Assembly: GCA_043779265.1 (NCBI GenBank)
Contig: JAYWEM010000076.1
Location: forward strand, 1 to 10,295
Direction of reading: 5' to 3'
DNA: 10,295 nucleotides
Origin: a bacterium
GTDB taxonomy: Bacteria > Eisenbacteria > RBG-16-71-46
Shown: one piece after another, positions 1 to 10,295 of the stretch
Layout: the number at the start of each line of letters is the position of its first letter
Numbering within the stretch: position 1 is the stretch's first letter
Notes under the pieces: model-generated
What the model saw: only the letters and a program-made list of their open reading frames with translations
The model's database searches: none
Told to the model about the DNA's origin: nothing
Position numbers and translations under genes: made by a program

Positions 1-1117
1 CCGTGCTCACGCCTCGCGGCGTGACGAGCCGCGCCAGATAGAGCCCGGGGGGCGCGGTGAGGCCGCCGTCCGAGTGTCCGTCCCATTGCAGCGAGTGCGA
101 GCCGCCTGCCAGAACGCCCTCGTGCACGGTGGCGACGAGCCGGCCCGCCAGGTCATGGACGCGCAGCGAGACCGCAGCCTCTCGCGGCAACGCGAAACGA
201 AGCGAAGTCGTGGCACGAGCGGGGTTGGGCGCAGCCTGCAGTCTTGCCTCGACGCGCGGCACCGACACGACGGGCGCATCCAGCACCATGTAGCGCGTGT
301 GATACCAGGTCCACAGCGAGTCGAGTCGCGTGGTGTCATCGACGTCGCGCCCGAATGCGATCAGTGAGCGCGAGGTCTCGGCGGCGTTCCGGAAGATCGA
401 GGGGAGCAGTGGCGAGTTCCAGTCCGAGCCCGAGATGGGGCCGCGGCCGCGCACGAACGTCGGTCCGTGCGCGTGGTACTGCGAGCCGATCACCGCCACC
501 GACAGTTGGTTCACGCCAGTCCAACCGACATGTTGGATCCAGCGCCCGTCCCAGTCGGTCTGCTCGCAGCCCGAGAAGCAGTAAGAACGCTGCAGGACCT
601 GCCCCTGCAGATCCCGGAATCGCACGGCGCGCGAGGTGGTCGAGAAGGCGACGCGCGGCAGGTAGGCTTGATAGGACGTCGATTCGGGCATCTCGCCGAA
701 GAACACGGTGCGCTTGACCTCGTACCACGGCTGGTCCGCGGGGATCGTGTAGACCGTCTCGACCGAGGGCTCGTAGTCGGTCACCGACTGGATGCCGATC
801 ACGACCTGCGTGTCGCTCTGCGCGATCACGAACCAATCGCCGACCAGGATCTCGAACGGCCGGATGTAGCTGGTGCCCGAGATGCCGCGCGCGCTCTGTC
901 CCCAGAACTCATTGAGCCCCGAGTCGTCGGTCAGGTCCTGGCTCGGGTGCCAGTCCTTGTACGTGACCTGCCGCAGCGCTTCGGGGCATGCGGTATCGAA
1001 GCGCAGGATCAGGCGCGAAGTCTCGACCCGGCGATTGACCAGGTCGACGACGATCCCCTCCGCAACGGCTGGTCGGGGGATGAGCGCCGCAAGGAGCAGT
1101 GCGAGGAGGAGGCGCAT
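1..1117 (-). CDS. Secreted protein with N-terminal signal peptide, uncharacterised central domain and C-terminal FlgD-Ig / T9SS type-A sorting-like domain; 3' end runs off the window
   Basis: Hand translation from the ATG at 1117 gives 372 open codons to position 2 with no stop, which is why the ORF track misses it. An in-frame TAG at 1132-1130 fixes the start. The N-terminus MRLLLALLLAALIPRPAVA|EG is a signal peptide with an A-X-A site. The C-terminus RLQAAPNPARATTSLRFALPREAAVSLRVHDLAGRLVATVHEGVLAGGSHSLQWDGHSDGGLTAPPGLYLARLVTPRGVST fits the PNP...DLxGRLV...WDG...GxYxxRL pattern. Confidence 0.88.
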   Translation of the reverse strand, partial: MRLLLALLLAALIPRPAVAEGIVVDLVNRRVETSRLILRFDTACPEALRQVTYKDWHPSQDLTDDSGLNEFWGQSARGISGTSYIRPFEILVGDWFVIAQSDTQVVIGIQSVTDYEPSVETVYTIPADQPWYEVKRTVFFGEMPESTSYQAYLPRVAFSTTSRAVRFRDLQGQVLQRSYCFSGCEQTDWDGRWIQHVGWTGVNQLSVAVIGSQYHAHGPTFVRGRGPISGSDWNSPLLPSIFRNAAETSRSLIAFGRDVDDTTRLDSLWTWYHTRYMVLDAPVVSVPRVEARLQAAPNPARATTSLRFALPREAAVSLRVHDLAGRLVATVHEGVLAGGSHSLQWDGHSDGGLTAPPGLYLARLVTPRGVST

Positions 1118-1126
1118 GGACCCATG

Positions 1127-1156
1127 AGTCTAGGCGAGTCGGCGCGCTGCTGGGAA
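1127..1156 (-). promoter_or_regulatory. Possible sigma70-type promoter for the divergent secreted-protein gene
   Basis: On the - strand, TTCCCA (1156-1151) lies 18 nt upstream of TAGACT (1132-1127). The -10-like hexamer ends 9 nt before the ATG at 1117. No clear SD. Confidence 0.35.
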
Positions 1157-1203
1157 GCTCCAAGCAGGGCTCGGGCCCAGCGAACCTCCGATTCCCGAGG
1201 CAC

Positions 1204-1232
1204 TTGCCCGATGCGGCCGAGCGTCCTACATT
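1204..1232 (+). promoter_or_regulatory. Putative sigma70-type promoter of the pyr operon
   Basis: TTGCCC (1204-1209), a 17-nt spacer, then TACATT (1227-1232). This predicts a TSS near 1239-1241, just upstream of the PyrR-like hairpin. Confidence 0.6.
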
Positions 1233-1261
1233 GCCTCCCGGCCCGTGCCGAAGTCCCATCA

Positions 1262-1292
1262 CCTTCAAGGCGTTCCTGAGAGTCCGCCAAGG
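1262..1292 (+). promoter_or_regulatory. PyrR-binding-loop-like RNA hairpin overlapping the pyrB ribosome-binding site
   Basis: CCUU-CAA-GGCG-UU-C-CUGAGA-G-UC-CGCC-AAGG: lower stem CCUU/AAGG, a CAA bulge (cf. CUUUAA consensus), upper stem GGCG/CGCC and a C-G-closed CNGNGA hexaloop. It deviates from the ARUCCNGNGAGGYU consensus by two mismatches below the loop. The 3' arm overlaps the SD-like AAGGGAG (1289-1295). Confidence 0.62.
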
Positions 1293-1305
1293 GAGAACGG
1301 TCCCC

Positions 1306-2313
1306 ATGATGACCAGCCATGCCTCGCTGACCCCGACGCCAGAGAGCGCGGGGTTTCTTTCTACCCCGCCACTCGCCTCCGATCCGCGCCACCTGCTGGG
1401 GCTCGAGGGGCTCTCGCGTGAACGACTGACCGAGTGGCTCGACGCCGCAGCGGCCGAACGCGAGCTGCTTCGCGCCGGCGGCCCCGACCGCACCGACTTG
1501 GCCGGCTGCATGGTCATGCTGGCCTTCGTCGAGGACTCGACGCGCACGCGCACGAGCTTCGACATCGCCGCCAAGCGACTCGGCGCCCAGACGGTCTCGT
1601 TCAGCGCCAGCGCCAGTTCGCTCAATAAGGGCGAGTCGGTGCTCGACACGATGCGACTGTTCGAGGCGATGGGAGCGCAGGTGCTGGTGGTGCGCCACTT
1701 CGTCTCGGGCTCGTCGGCGCACCTGGCGGCGAGGCTGCCGCGCATGGCGGTGATCAACGCGGGCGACGGCATGCACGAGCACCCGACCCAGGGCCTGCTC
1801 GACCTCCTGACGCTGCGCGACCGCTGGAACGGCCGGTTCGAGGGCCGTCGCCTGGTGATCGTCGGCGACATCGCCCACTCGCGCGTCGCGCGCTCGGCGA
1901 TCGCGGGGCTCTCGGCGCTGGGTGCCCATGTGACGGTGTGCGGCCCCGAGACGCTGATGCCGGCCGAGGTCGAGGCGCTCGGCTGCACGCGCGCCGACAC
2001 ACTGGATGAGGCGCTCGAGAACGCCGACGGCGTGATGGCGCTGCGGTTGCAGCGCGAACGCATGGAGAGCGGCCTGCTGCCGGCACTGGGCGAGTATGCT
2101 TCGCGATTCGGCGTGACCCCGGCTCGCGTGCGGCTCATGAAGCCCGGCGCCCCGGTGATGCACCCGGGGCCGGTGATGCGTGGAATCGATCTGCCCTGTG
2201 AAGTGGCCGATGGAGCCTCGAGCGTGGTGCTCGAGCAGGTGGCGAACGGAGTCGCAGTGCGTTGCGCGGTGCTGAAGCGCGCATGGGCTGCATGGAAGGA
2301 GACGCATCGATGA
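1306..2313 (+). CDS. pyrB: Aspartate carbamoyltransferase catalytic subunit (335 aa from ATG 1306; ATG 1309 is an alternative)
   Basis: Motifs RHLLG, FVEDSTRTRTSF (carbamoyl-phosphate binding STRT), SSLNKGES, VVRH, INAGDGMHEHPTQGLLD, VGDIAHSRVARS, LRLQRER and MHPGP. SD-like GGGAG at 1291-1295. The track start at 1099 is an over-extension. Confidence 0.96.
   Translation: MMTSHASLTPTPESAGFLSTPPLASDPRHLLGLEGLSRERLTEWLDAAAAERELLRAGGPDRTDLAGCMVMLAFVEDSTRTRTSFDIAAKRLGAQTVSFSASASSLNKGESVLDTMRLFEAMGAQVLVVRHFVSGSSAHLAARLPRMAVINAGDGMHEHPTQGLLDLLTLRDRWNGRFEGRRLVIVGDIAHSRVARSAIAGLSALGAHVTVCGPETLMPAEVEALGCTRADTLDEALENADGVMALRLQRERMESGLLPALGEYASRFGVTPARVRLMKPGAPVMHPGPVMRGIDLPCEVADGASSVVLEQVANGVAVRCAVLKRAWAAWKETHR
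1330..1362 (+). terminator. Intrinsic-terminator-like hairpin (candidate attenuator) inside pyrB codons 9-19
   Basis: ACCCCG (1330-1335) pairs with CGGGGT (1349-1354). A1336 is bulged, CGC pairs with GCG, and the loop is CAGAGA. TTCTTTCT (1355-1362) follows, an unusually T-rich run for this window. Confidence 0.55.
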
Positions 2314-3617
2314 GCCCGCTCCAGTTGATCCGCGGCGCGACGCACTGGCGTTCCGGCGAGCGAGTCGATCTCGCGATCCAGGACGGCTTGGTCGTGCCCG
2401 AACCGGCGCACCTGCCCGAGGACTCGACCGTGCTGGACGCGCGAGGCGCGGTGGTCGCGCCGGGCCTGGTGGACCTGCATGTCCACTTGAGGGAGCCGGG
2501 GCAGTCGGCCAAGGAATCGATCGCCTCGGGAACGCGCGCGGCAGCGGCGGGTGGCTTCACGTCGGTCGCCTGCATGCCCAACACCGATCCGGTCGTCGAT
2601 ACCGCGGCCTGGGTCGAGTGGGTGCGTCGTCGCGCCGAGGAGGCGAGGCACTGCCGCGTGCTGCCCATCGCGACGGTGACCATGGGACAGAAGGGCGAAC
2701 AGTTGGCGCCGCTGCATGCGCTCGCCGCGGCGGGCGCCGTGGCGTTCTCCGATGACGGCCACCCGGTGCGCAACCCGGCGATGATGCGGCGCGCGCTCGA
2801 ATACGCGCTCGGTACCGGTCGGCCCATCGTGTGCCACGAGGAGGATCCCGACCTCAAGGGCGATGGCGTGATGAACGAGGGCTTCACCGCCACACGGCTC
2901 GGTCTGCGCGGACTGCCCTCCGCCGCCGAGAGCGTGATGTGCCGCCGCGATGTCGAGCTGGCCGAGTTGACGGGCGGGCATGTGCATCTCGCGCACATCT
3001 CGTGCGCCGGTGGCTTCGCGGCGCTGCGAGATGCGCGTCGACGGGGGCTGCCGGTGACGGGCGAGACGTGTCCGCACTACTGGGTGCTCACCGACGAGGC
3101 GGTCGGCGACTACGACACCAACGCCAAGATGAACCCGCCGCTTCGTTCGGCCGAGGATCGCGACGCCTGCATCGCGGCGATCGTGGATGGCACGGTCGAT
3201 TGCTTCGTCACCGACCATGCGCCCCACACCGCCGATGAGAAGACGCGCCCGTTCGCCGAGGCCCCGTTCGGCATCGTCGGGCTGGAGACCGCGCTCGCGC
3301 TGACGCTCACGTTCCTCGTGCGGCCGGGCCACTTGGCGCTGTCGCGCGCGATCGAGCTGTGGACCGATGCGCCGCGCAGTCTGTTCCATCTGCCCGAGGT
3401 CGACCTGGAGCCCGGATCGCCCGCCGATCTCGTGCTGTTCGATCCCGAGGCCGAGTGGACCGTGGACCCCGAGCAGTTCCACTCGAAGGGGCGCAACACC
3501 CCGTTCGCCGGCTGGGCGCTGCACGGCCAGGTGCTGGCGACGATGATGGACGGGCGGCTGACGCACGCCGCCCACGGCATCGCGTTCGGCGCGATGGCCA
3601 CCGAGGTGGCGCGATGA
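2310..3617 (+). CDS. pyrC: Dihydroorotase, long (type I / multifunctional-complex type), 435 aa
   Basis: Motifs PGLVDLHVHLREPG, ACMPNTDP, FSDDG, CHEED, HLAHIS, ETCPHY, KMNPPLR, TDHAPH, PFGIVGLETA and SKGRNTPF. AAGGAG at 2296-2301. ATGA overlap with the pyrB stop. Confidence 0.96.
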   Translation: MSPLQLIRGATHWRSGERVDLAIQDGLVVPEPAHLPEDSTVLDARGAVVAPGLVDLHVHLREPGQSAKESIASGTRAAAAGGFTSVACMPNTDPVVDTAAWVEWVRRRAEEARHCRVLPIATVTMGQKGEQLAPLHALAAAGAVAFSDDGHPVRNPAMMRRALEYALGTGRPIVCHEEDPDLKGDGVMNEGFTATRLGLRGLPSAAESVMCRRDVELAELTGGHVHLAHISCAGGFAALRDARRRGLPVTGETCPHYWVLTDEAVGDYDTNAKMNPPLRSAEDRDACIAAIVDGTVDCFVTDHAPHTADEKTRPFAEAPFGIVGLETALALTLTFLVRPGHLALSRAIELWTDAPRSLFHLPEVDLEPGSPADLVLFDPEAEWTVDPEQFHSKGRNTPFAGWALHGQVLATMMDGRLTHAAHGIAFGAMATEVAR

Positions 3618-4776
3618 AGCGGCGTGCCCCGGCGATGCTCGCACTCGAGGACGGCCGCGCTTTCCGAGGCGAAGGCTTCGGCGCGGTGACCGAGACGACC
3701 GGCGAGGTCGTGTTCAATACGGCCATGATGGGTTATCAGGAAATACTCTCGGATCCATCCTATTGCGGCCAGATCCTGACGTTCACCTACCCGCTGCTCG
3801 GCAACTACGGCGTCAATCCGGGCGACTTCGAGAGCGCCTCGCTGCGCGCACAGGGCATGGTGTGCCGCGACCTGTGCGATCGGCCGAGCAACTGGCGTTC
3901 GACCGGTACGCTCGAGGACCTGCTCGCGGAGTCCGGACTGCCCGGCATCACCGGCGTCGACACACGAGCGCTCACCCGCCATCTGCGTGACCGCGGCACC
4001 ATGCGCGGCTGCCTCAGCACCGAAAGCGTCGATGCCGACGTGCTGGTCGAGAAGGCGCGCCAGAGTCCGCGCATGGAGGGCCTCGCGCTCGCCGACGTGG
4101 TGACGTGCGTCGAGCCCTACTGGTGGAGCGAGCACGGGCGCAGCGAACGCGAGCCCGCCAACGACGCCGATCGGCCGCTCGTGGTGGCGTTCGACTTCGG
4201 GATCAAGTGGAACATCCTGCGCCGACTCCGCGCCGAGGGCTTCAAGGTGCGCGTCGTGCCCGGCCGCACGCCGGCACGCGAGGTGCTGGCCCTCTCGCCC
4301 GACGGCGTGCTGTTGTCCAATGGTCCGGGAGACCCCGAGCCGCTCGGCTTCGCGATCGATGCCGCGCGCGAGATCACCGCGGCCCGAGTGCCGACGCTCG
4401 GCATCTGCCTCGGGCATCAGTTGCTCGGGCTCGCCTTCGGCGCGCGCACCCGCAAGCTCAAGTTCGGTCACCGCGGCGCCAATCACCCGGTCATCGATCG
4501 CCGCAACGGTCGCGTCGAGGTGACCAGCCAGAATCACGGCTTCTACGTCGATGCCGACACGCTGCCGCCGGGCGAGTTCGAGCTGACGCATTGGAGCGGC
4601 AACGACCACTCGCTCGAGGGCATGGTGCATCGCTCGCTGCCGGTGCTCGCCTGCCAGTACCACCCCGAGGCCGCTCCCGGTCCGCACGATTCGCGCCCGT
4701 GGTTCCGCGCGTTCGCCGACCTGGTGGTCGCCAAGCGAGGCCGCGCGATGCGCGAGCTGGCCGGGGAGGTGCGCTG

Positions 4777-4777
<1 letters not shown>
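3614..4777 (+). CDS. carA: Carbamoyl-phosphate synthase small (glutaminase) subunit, 387 aa
   Basis: Motifs [51 protein letters not shown] (catalytic Cys), [16 protein letters not shown] and QYHPE. GAGGTG at 3603-3608. ATGA overlap with pyrC. Confidence 0.97.
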
Positions 4778-7961
<3,184 letters not shown>

Positions 7962-7965
<4 letters not shown>

Positions 7966-9713
7966 GGCGCAGGCTCCTCACCCTGTTGCTCGTGGTCACG
8001 GCGTTCTCGAACGTCTCGTGTGCGTACTACAACACGTTCTATCTCGCCCGGAAGTACTACTACCGCGCCACCGAGGGCAGGCCCTACGTCGTCGAGCGGC
8101 AGACGGGGCACCAGGGCCAGAACTACAGCAAGGCGATCGAGTACTCGAAGAAGATCCTCGGCGTGTACGAGGACTCCAAGTGGGTCGACGACGCCTATCT
8201 GCTGTGGGCTCAGTCGCTGATCGGGCGCGACGATCCGCTCCAGACAGTCTCGATGCTGCAGGAGTTCGCGACGCGCTACCCCAAGAGCCCGCTGCATGCC
8301 GACGCCACGTTCTACCTCGGCCTCGCGTACCGCAACGCTCGTCGCTATCCGCTGGCGGTCGCCGAGTTCGATGAGTTCATCGCGCAGGCGCCCAAGCACG
8401 AGCTGTTGCCGTACGCCTTCCTCGAGCGATCGCGCGCGTTGGCCTCACTGCAGCGCTACCGCGAGTCCGCCGAGTCCGCCGGTGAGGTGCTCAAGCGCTT
8501 CCCGAGGCACGTGCTCGCCGACCGATGCCGCACCGAGCGCGCTGAGGCGCTCTTCCTGCAGGGCGATTTCGCTGCGGCGAGAGCGGACTACGTCGTGCTC
8601 GGCGAGCGGGCGCTCACCGACGACGAGCGATTCAAGCTGCTGTTGCGCCAGGTGGACTGCCTCGAGGGGGCCCGTCAGTTCGATGAGGTGCTCGAGTTGC
8701 TCCGCCGCGAGCGAAGCGCCCTTCCGGCGCCCGTCGCCCTGGTGCCGGGCCAGTTGGCCGCCGCCGGCGCCGATCGCTACGGCCGACTCACGCTCCGCAT
8801 GGGTGGTTCGCACCTGTTGAAGGGTGAGATGGAAAAGGGAATCGAGGCCTATCAGGCCGTCCTGCAGGACTACCCCAAGAGCCTGCTCGCATCCGAGGCG
8901 CAGTACCGCATCGGCTACGCGCACGAGACGGTGGGAGAGGACTTCGATCGTGCGCGGACCGAGTACAACGCGGTCAAGGAGCAGAGCGCCGGCTCTCCGT
9001 TCGTGGCGCAGGCGACCCAGCGGCTCTCGAATCTCGAGCGCATCGCGCAGTACCGCTCGGGCACCGGTGCCGACTCGCTCGAGCAGAAGGCGGAGGCCTC
9101 GTTCCTGACGGCCGAGCTCTACCTGTTCCAGCTCGAACGGCCCGATCGCGCCCTCGAGGAGTATCGCCGCGTCGCACGCGAGCATCAGGGCACCGCCGTG
9201 GCAGCGCGCGCGATGACGGCCGAGGCGTGGGTCCTCGCACGTCGACTCGATCGCCAGAGTGCGGCCGACTCGATGTTCTGGCGCGTGGTGCGCGAGCATC
9301 CCGCGACCGAGGCCCAACTCGCGGCGCGCGACTATCTGGAGGAGCGCGGGCACGACGTTCCCGCATCGCTCATCGTGATGCCCAAGCCCAAGGCGCCGGT
9401 CAAGCGCGACTCGGTCGCGATCGTGCCGCCCGTGCTCTCTCGCATCGACTCGCTGCGGCAGGCGCGCGATGACCAGATGCCGCGCTCTCGGGGCATCCTC
9501 TCGACCGGCTCGGCCGCGTCGCTCGACTCGCTGCGCCGACTCGGGCAGCTGCCGCCCGGTATGAGCCATCCCGACTCGGCGCGCCTCGGCCCTCGTGGCC
9601 TGTTCGGCCATCCGGGCGATCGCCCGCGTGAGCCCGAACTCATCCCCACGCCGATCGACTCGGTACGCTCGCCCGATGCGCGCAGCCCGCAGGCGGAGCG
9701 CGACAGCACATGA
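7962..9713 (+). CDS. Tetratricopeptide-repeat lipoprotein (PorW/SprE-like or BamD/YfiO-like repeats) with low-complexity C-terminal tail, 583 aa
   Basis: GTG start after AGGAGG (7952-7957), overlapping the carB stop. MRRR plus a hydrophobic stretch and NVS-C20 suggests a lipoprotein signal. Repeated TPR-type units include [46 protein letters not shown] and [10 protein letters not shown]. The family assignment is less certain than the CDS itself. Confidence 0.85.
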
Positions 9714-10295
9714 GTGCGTCGTCCACCGCGAGCAAGCCGATGAAGCGCACGTGGCGGCAGGTCCACGCCACCGTGCGCACGCATGAATCACAGGGCGGCG
9801 ACTTCCGCTGGCTCGAACTCGAGATGCCCGCCGAGTTCGCCGAGCCGGTCGCGGGCCAGTTCGCACAGTTGTTGCTCGAGCCGCCATCGCCCGTGCTGCT
9901 GCCTCGGCCGATGAGCATCGCGAGCGTGCGCAAGGTGCGCGGTCGTCTGCTCGTGGGCTTCCTCTACGCCCCGGTCGGGATCGGGACGCGCGCTCTGGCG
10001 GCGCTCGAGCCGGGCTCCTCGGTCGCGGTCACGGGCCCGCTCGGCCACGGTTATCCGCTCGAGGAGGCCGGCACGCCGATCCTCGTCGCGGGCGGGCGAG
10101 GCGTCGCGCCGCTCCTGATGGCGGCCGAGACGCTGGCTCGTCAGCGCCGCCGCTGTGAGTTCGTGTTCGGCGCACGGAGCAAGGCGCTTCTCGTCGGACT
10201 CGCGGATGCTCGCGAGCGACTGGCTCGCATGGGCTCACGACTGCACATCGCGACGGACGATGGTTCGCGCGGGCACCACGGCACCGTGATCGACC
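9710..10295 (+). CDS. pyrK: Dihydroorotate dehydrogenase electron transfer subunit (FAD/NAD-binding); partial, 3' end beyond the window
   Basis: Hand translation gives 195 open codons from ATG 9710 (ATGA overlap; alternative ATG 9740). Motifs AGQF, LLPRPMSI, VGIGT, GPLGHG, LVAGGRGVAPL, FGARS and ATDDGSRGHHGTV, plus pyr operon context. The 2Fe-2S cysteines would lie outside the window. Not in the ORF track. Confidence 0.88.
   Translation, partial: MSASSTASKPMKRTWRQVHATVRTHESQGGDFRWLELEMPAEFAEPVAGQFAQLLLEPPSPVLLPRPMSIASVRKVRGRLLVGFLYAPVGIGTRALAALEPGSSVAVTGPLGHGYPLEEAGTPILVAGGRGVAPLLMAAETLARQRRRCEFVFGARSKALLVGLADARERLARMGSRLHIATDDGSRGHHGTVID

Noticed and set aside
1233..1250. GCCTCCCGG after the -10 box (C at +7, G at +8/+9) resembles CTP/GTP-sensitive start-site switching of enteric pyrC/pyrD
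   Set aside because: The only start-dependent structure I see is a weak 4-bp CGGC/GCCG hairpin far from the SD, and such a sequence is likely by chance in GC-rich DNA.
7..1279. Track ORFs over the first 1.3 kb (e.g. 467-1279 +, 336-836 -, 7-339 -)
   Set aside because: They are alternate-frame or antisense shadows of the real - strand gene starting at 1117, which has a signal peptide and a recognisable C-terminal domain.
2310..3617. Possibility that the pyrB-adjacent pyrC is an inactive pseudo-dihydroorotase (PyrC')
   Set aside because: The metal-binding and catalytic motifs (HVH, SDDG, CHEE, AHIS, TDHAPH) are all intact.
909..3644. Very long antisense ORFs (911 aa at 909-3644; also 1009-2307, 3110-4783, 4543-5643, 6043-7254, 8445-9887)
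   Set aside because: They lie opposite well-conserved genes, are Arg/Ala/Gly-rich with no recognisable motifs, and are the expected shadows of high-GC codon bias.
1099..4776. Extended starts in the track for pyrB (1099), pyrC (2262), carA (3359) and carB (4105), suggesting fusions or large extensions
   Set aside because: SD motifs, stop/start overlaps and the start of homology place the starts at 1306, 2310, 3614 and 4777. No frameshift or fusion is needed.

Overview
High-GC bacterial chromosomal window. The + strand carries a de novo pyrimidine biosynthesis operon: pyrB (1306-2313), pyrC (2310-3617), carA (3614-4777), carB (4777-7965), an inserted 583-aa TPR lipoprotein gene (7962-9713) and pyrK (9710 to beyond the window). 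Every junction overlaps by 1-4 nt. A divergent - strand gene (1117 to <1), absent from the ORF track, encodes a secreted protein with a C-terminal FlgD-Ig/T9SS type-A-like domain. The most interesting signal is the operon leader. A sigma70-like promoter (1204-1232) is followed by a PyrR-binding-loop-like hairpin overlapping the pyrB Shine-Dalgarno (1262-1292). An intrinsic-terminator-like hairpin with a second CNGNGA loop then sits inside the first 20 codons of pyrB (1330-1362), and no pyrR gene heads the operon. The TPR lipoprotein resembles PorW/SprE or BamD-type proteins and has a tail dense in D-S-(A/V/L/T) motifs. I saw no mobile elements, CRISPR arrays or RNA genes. All calls are by eye, without database searches.
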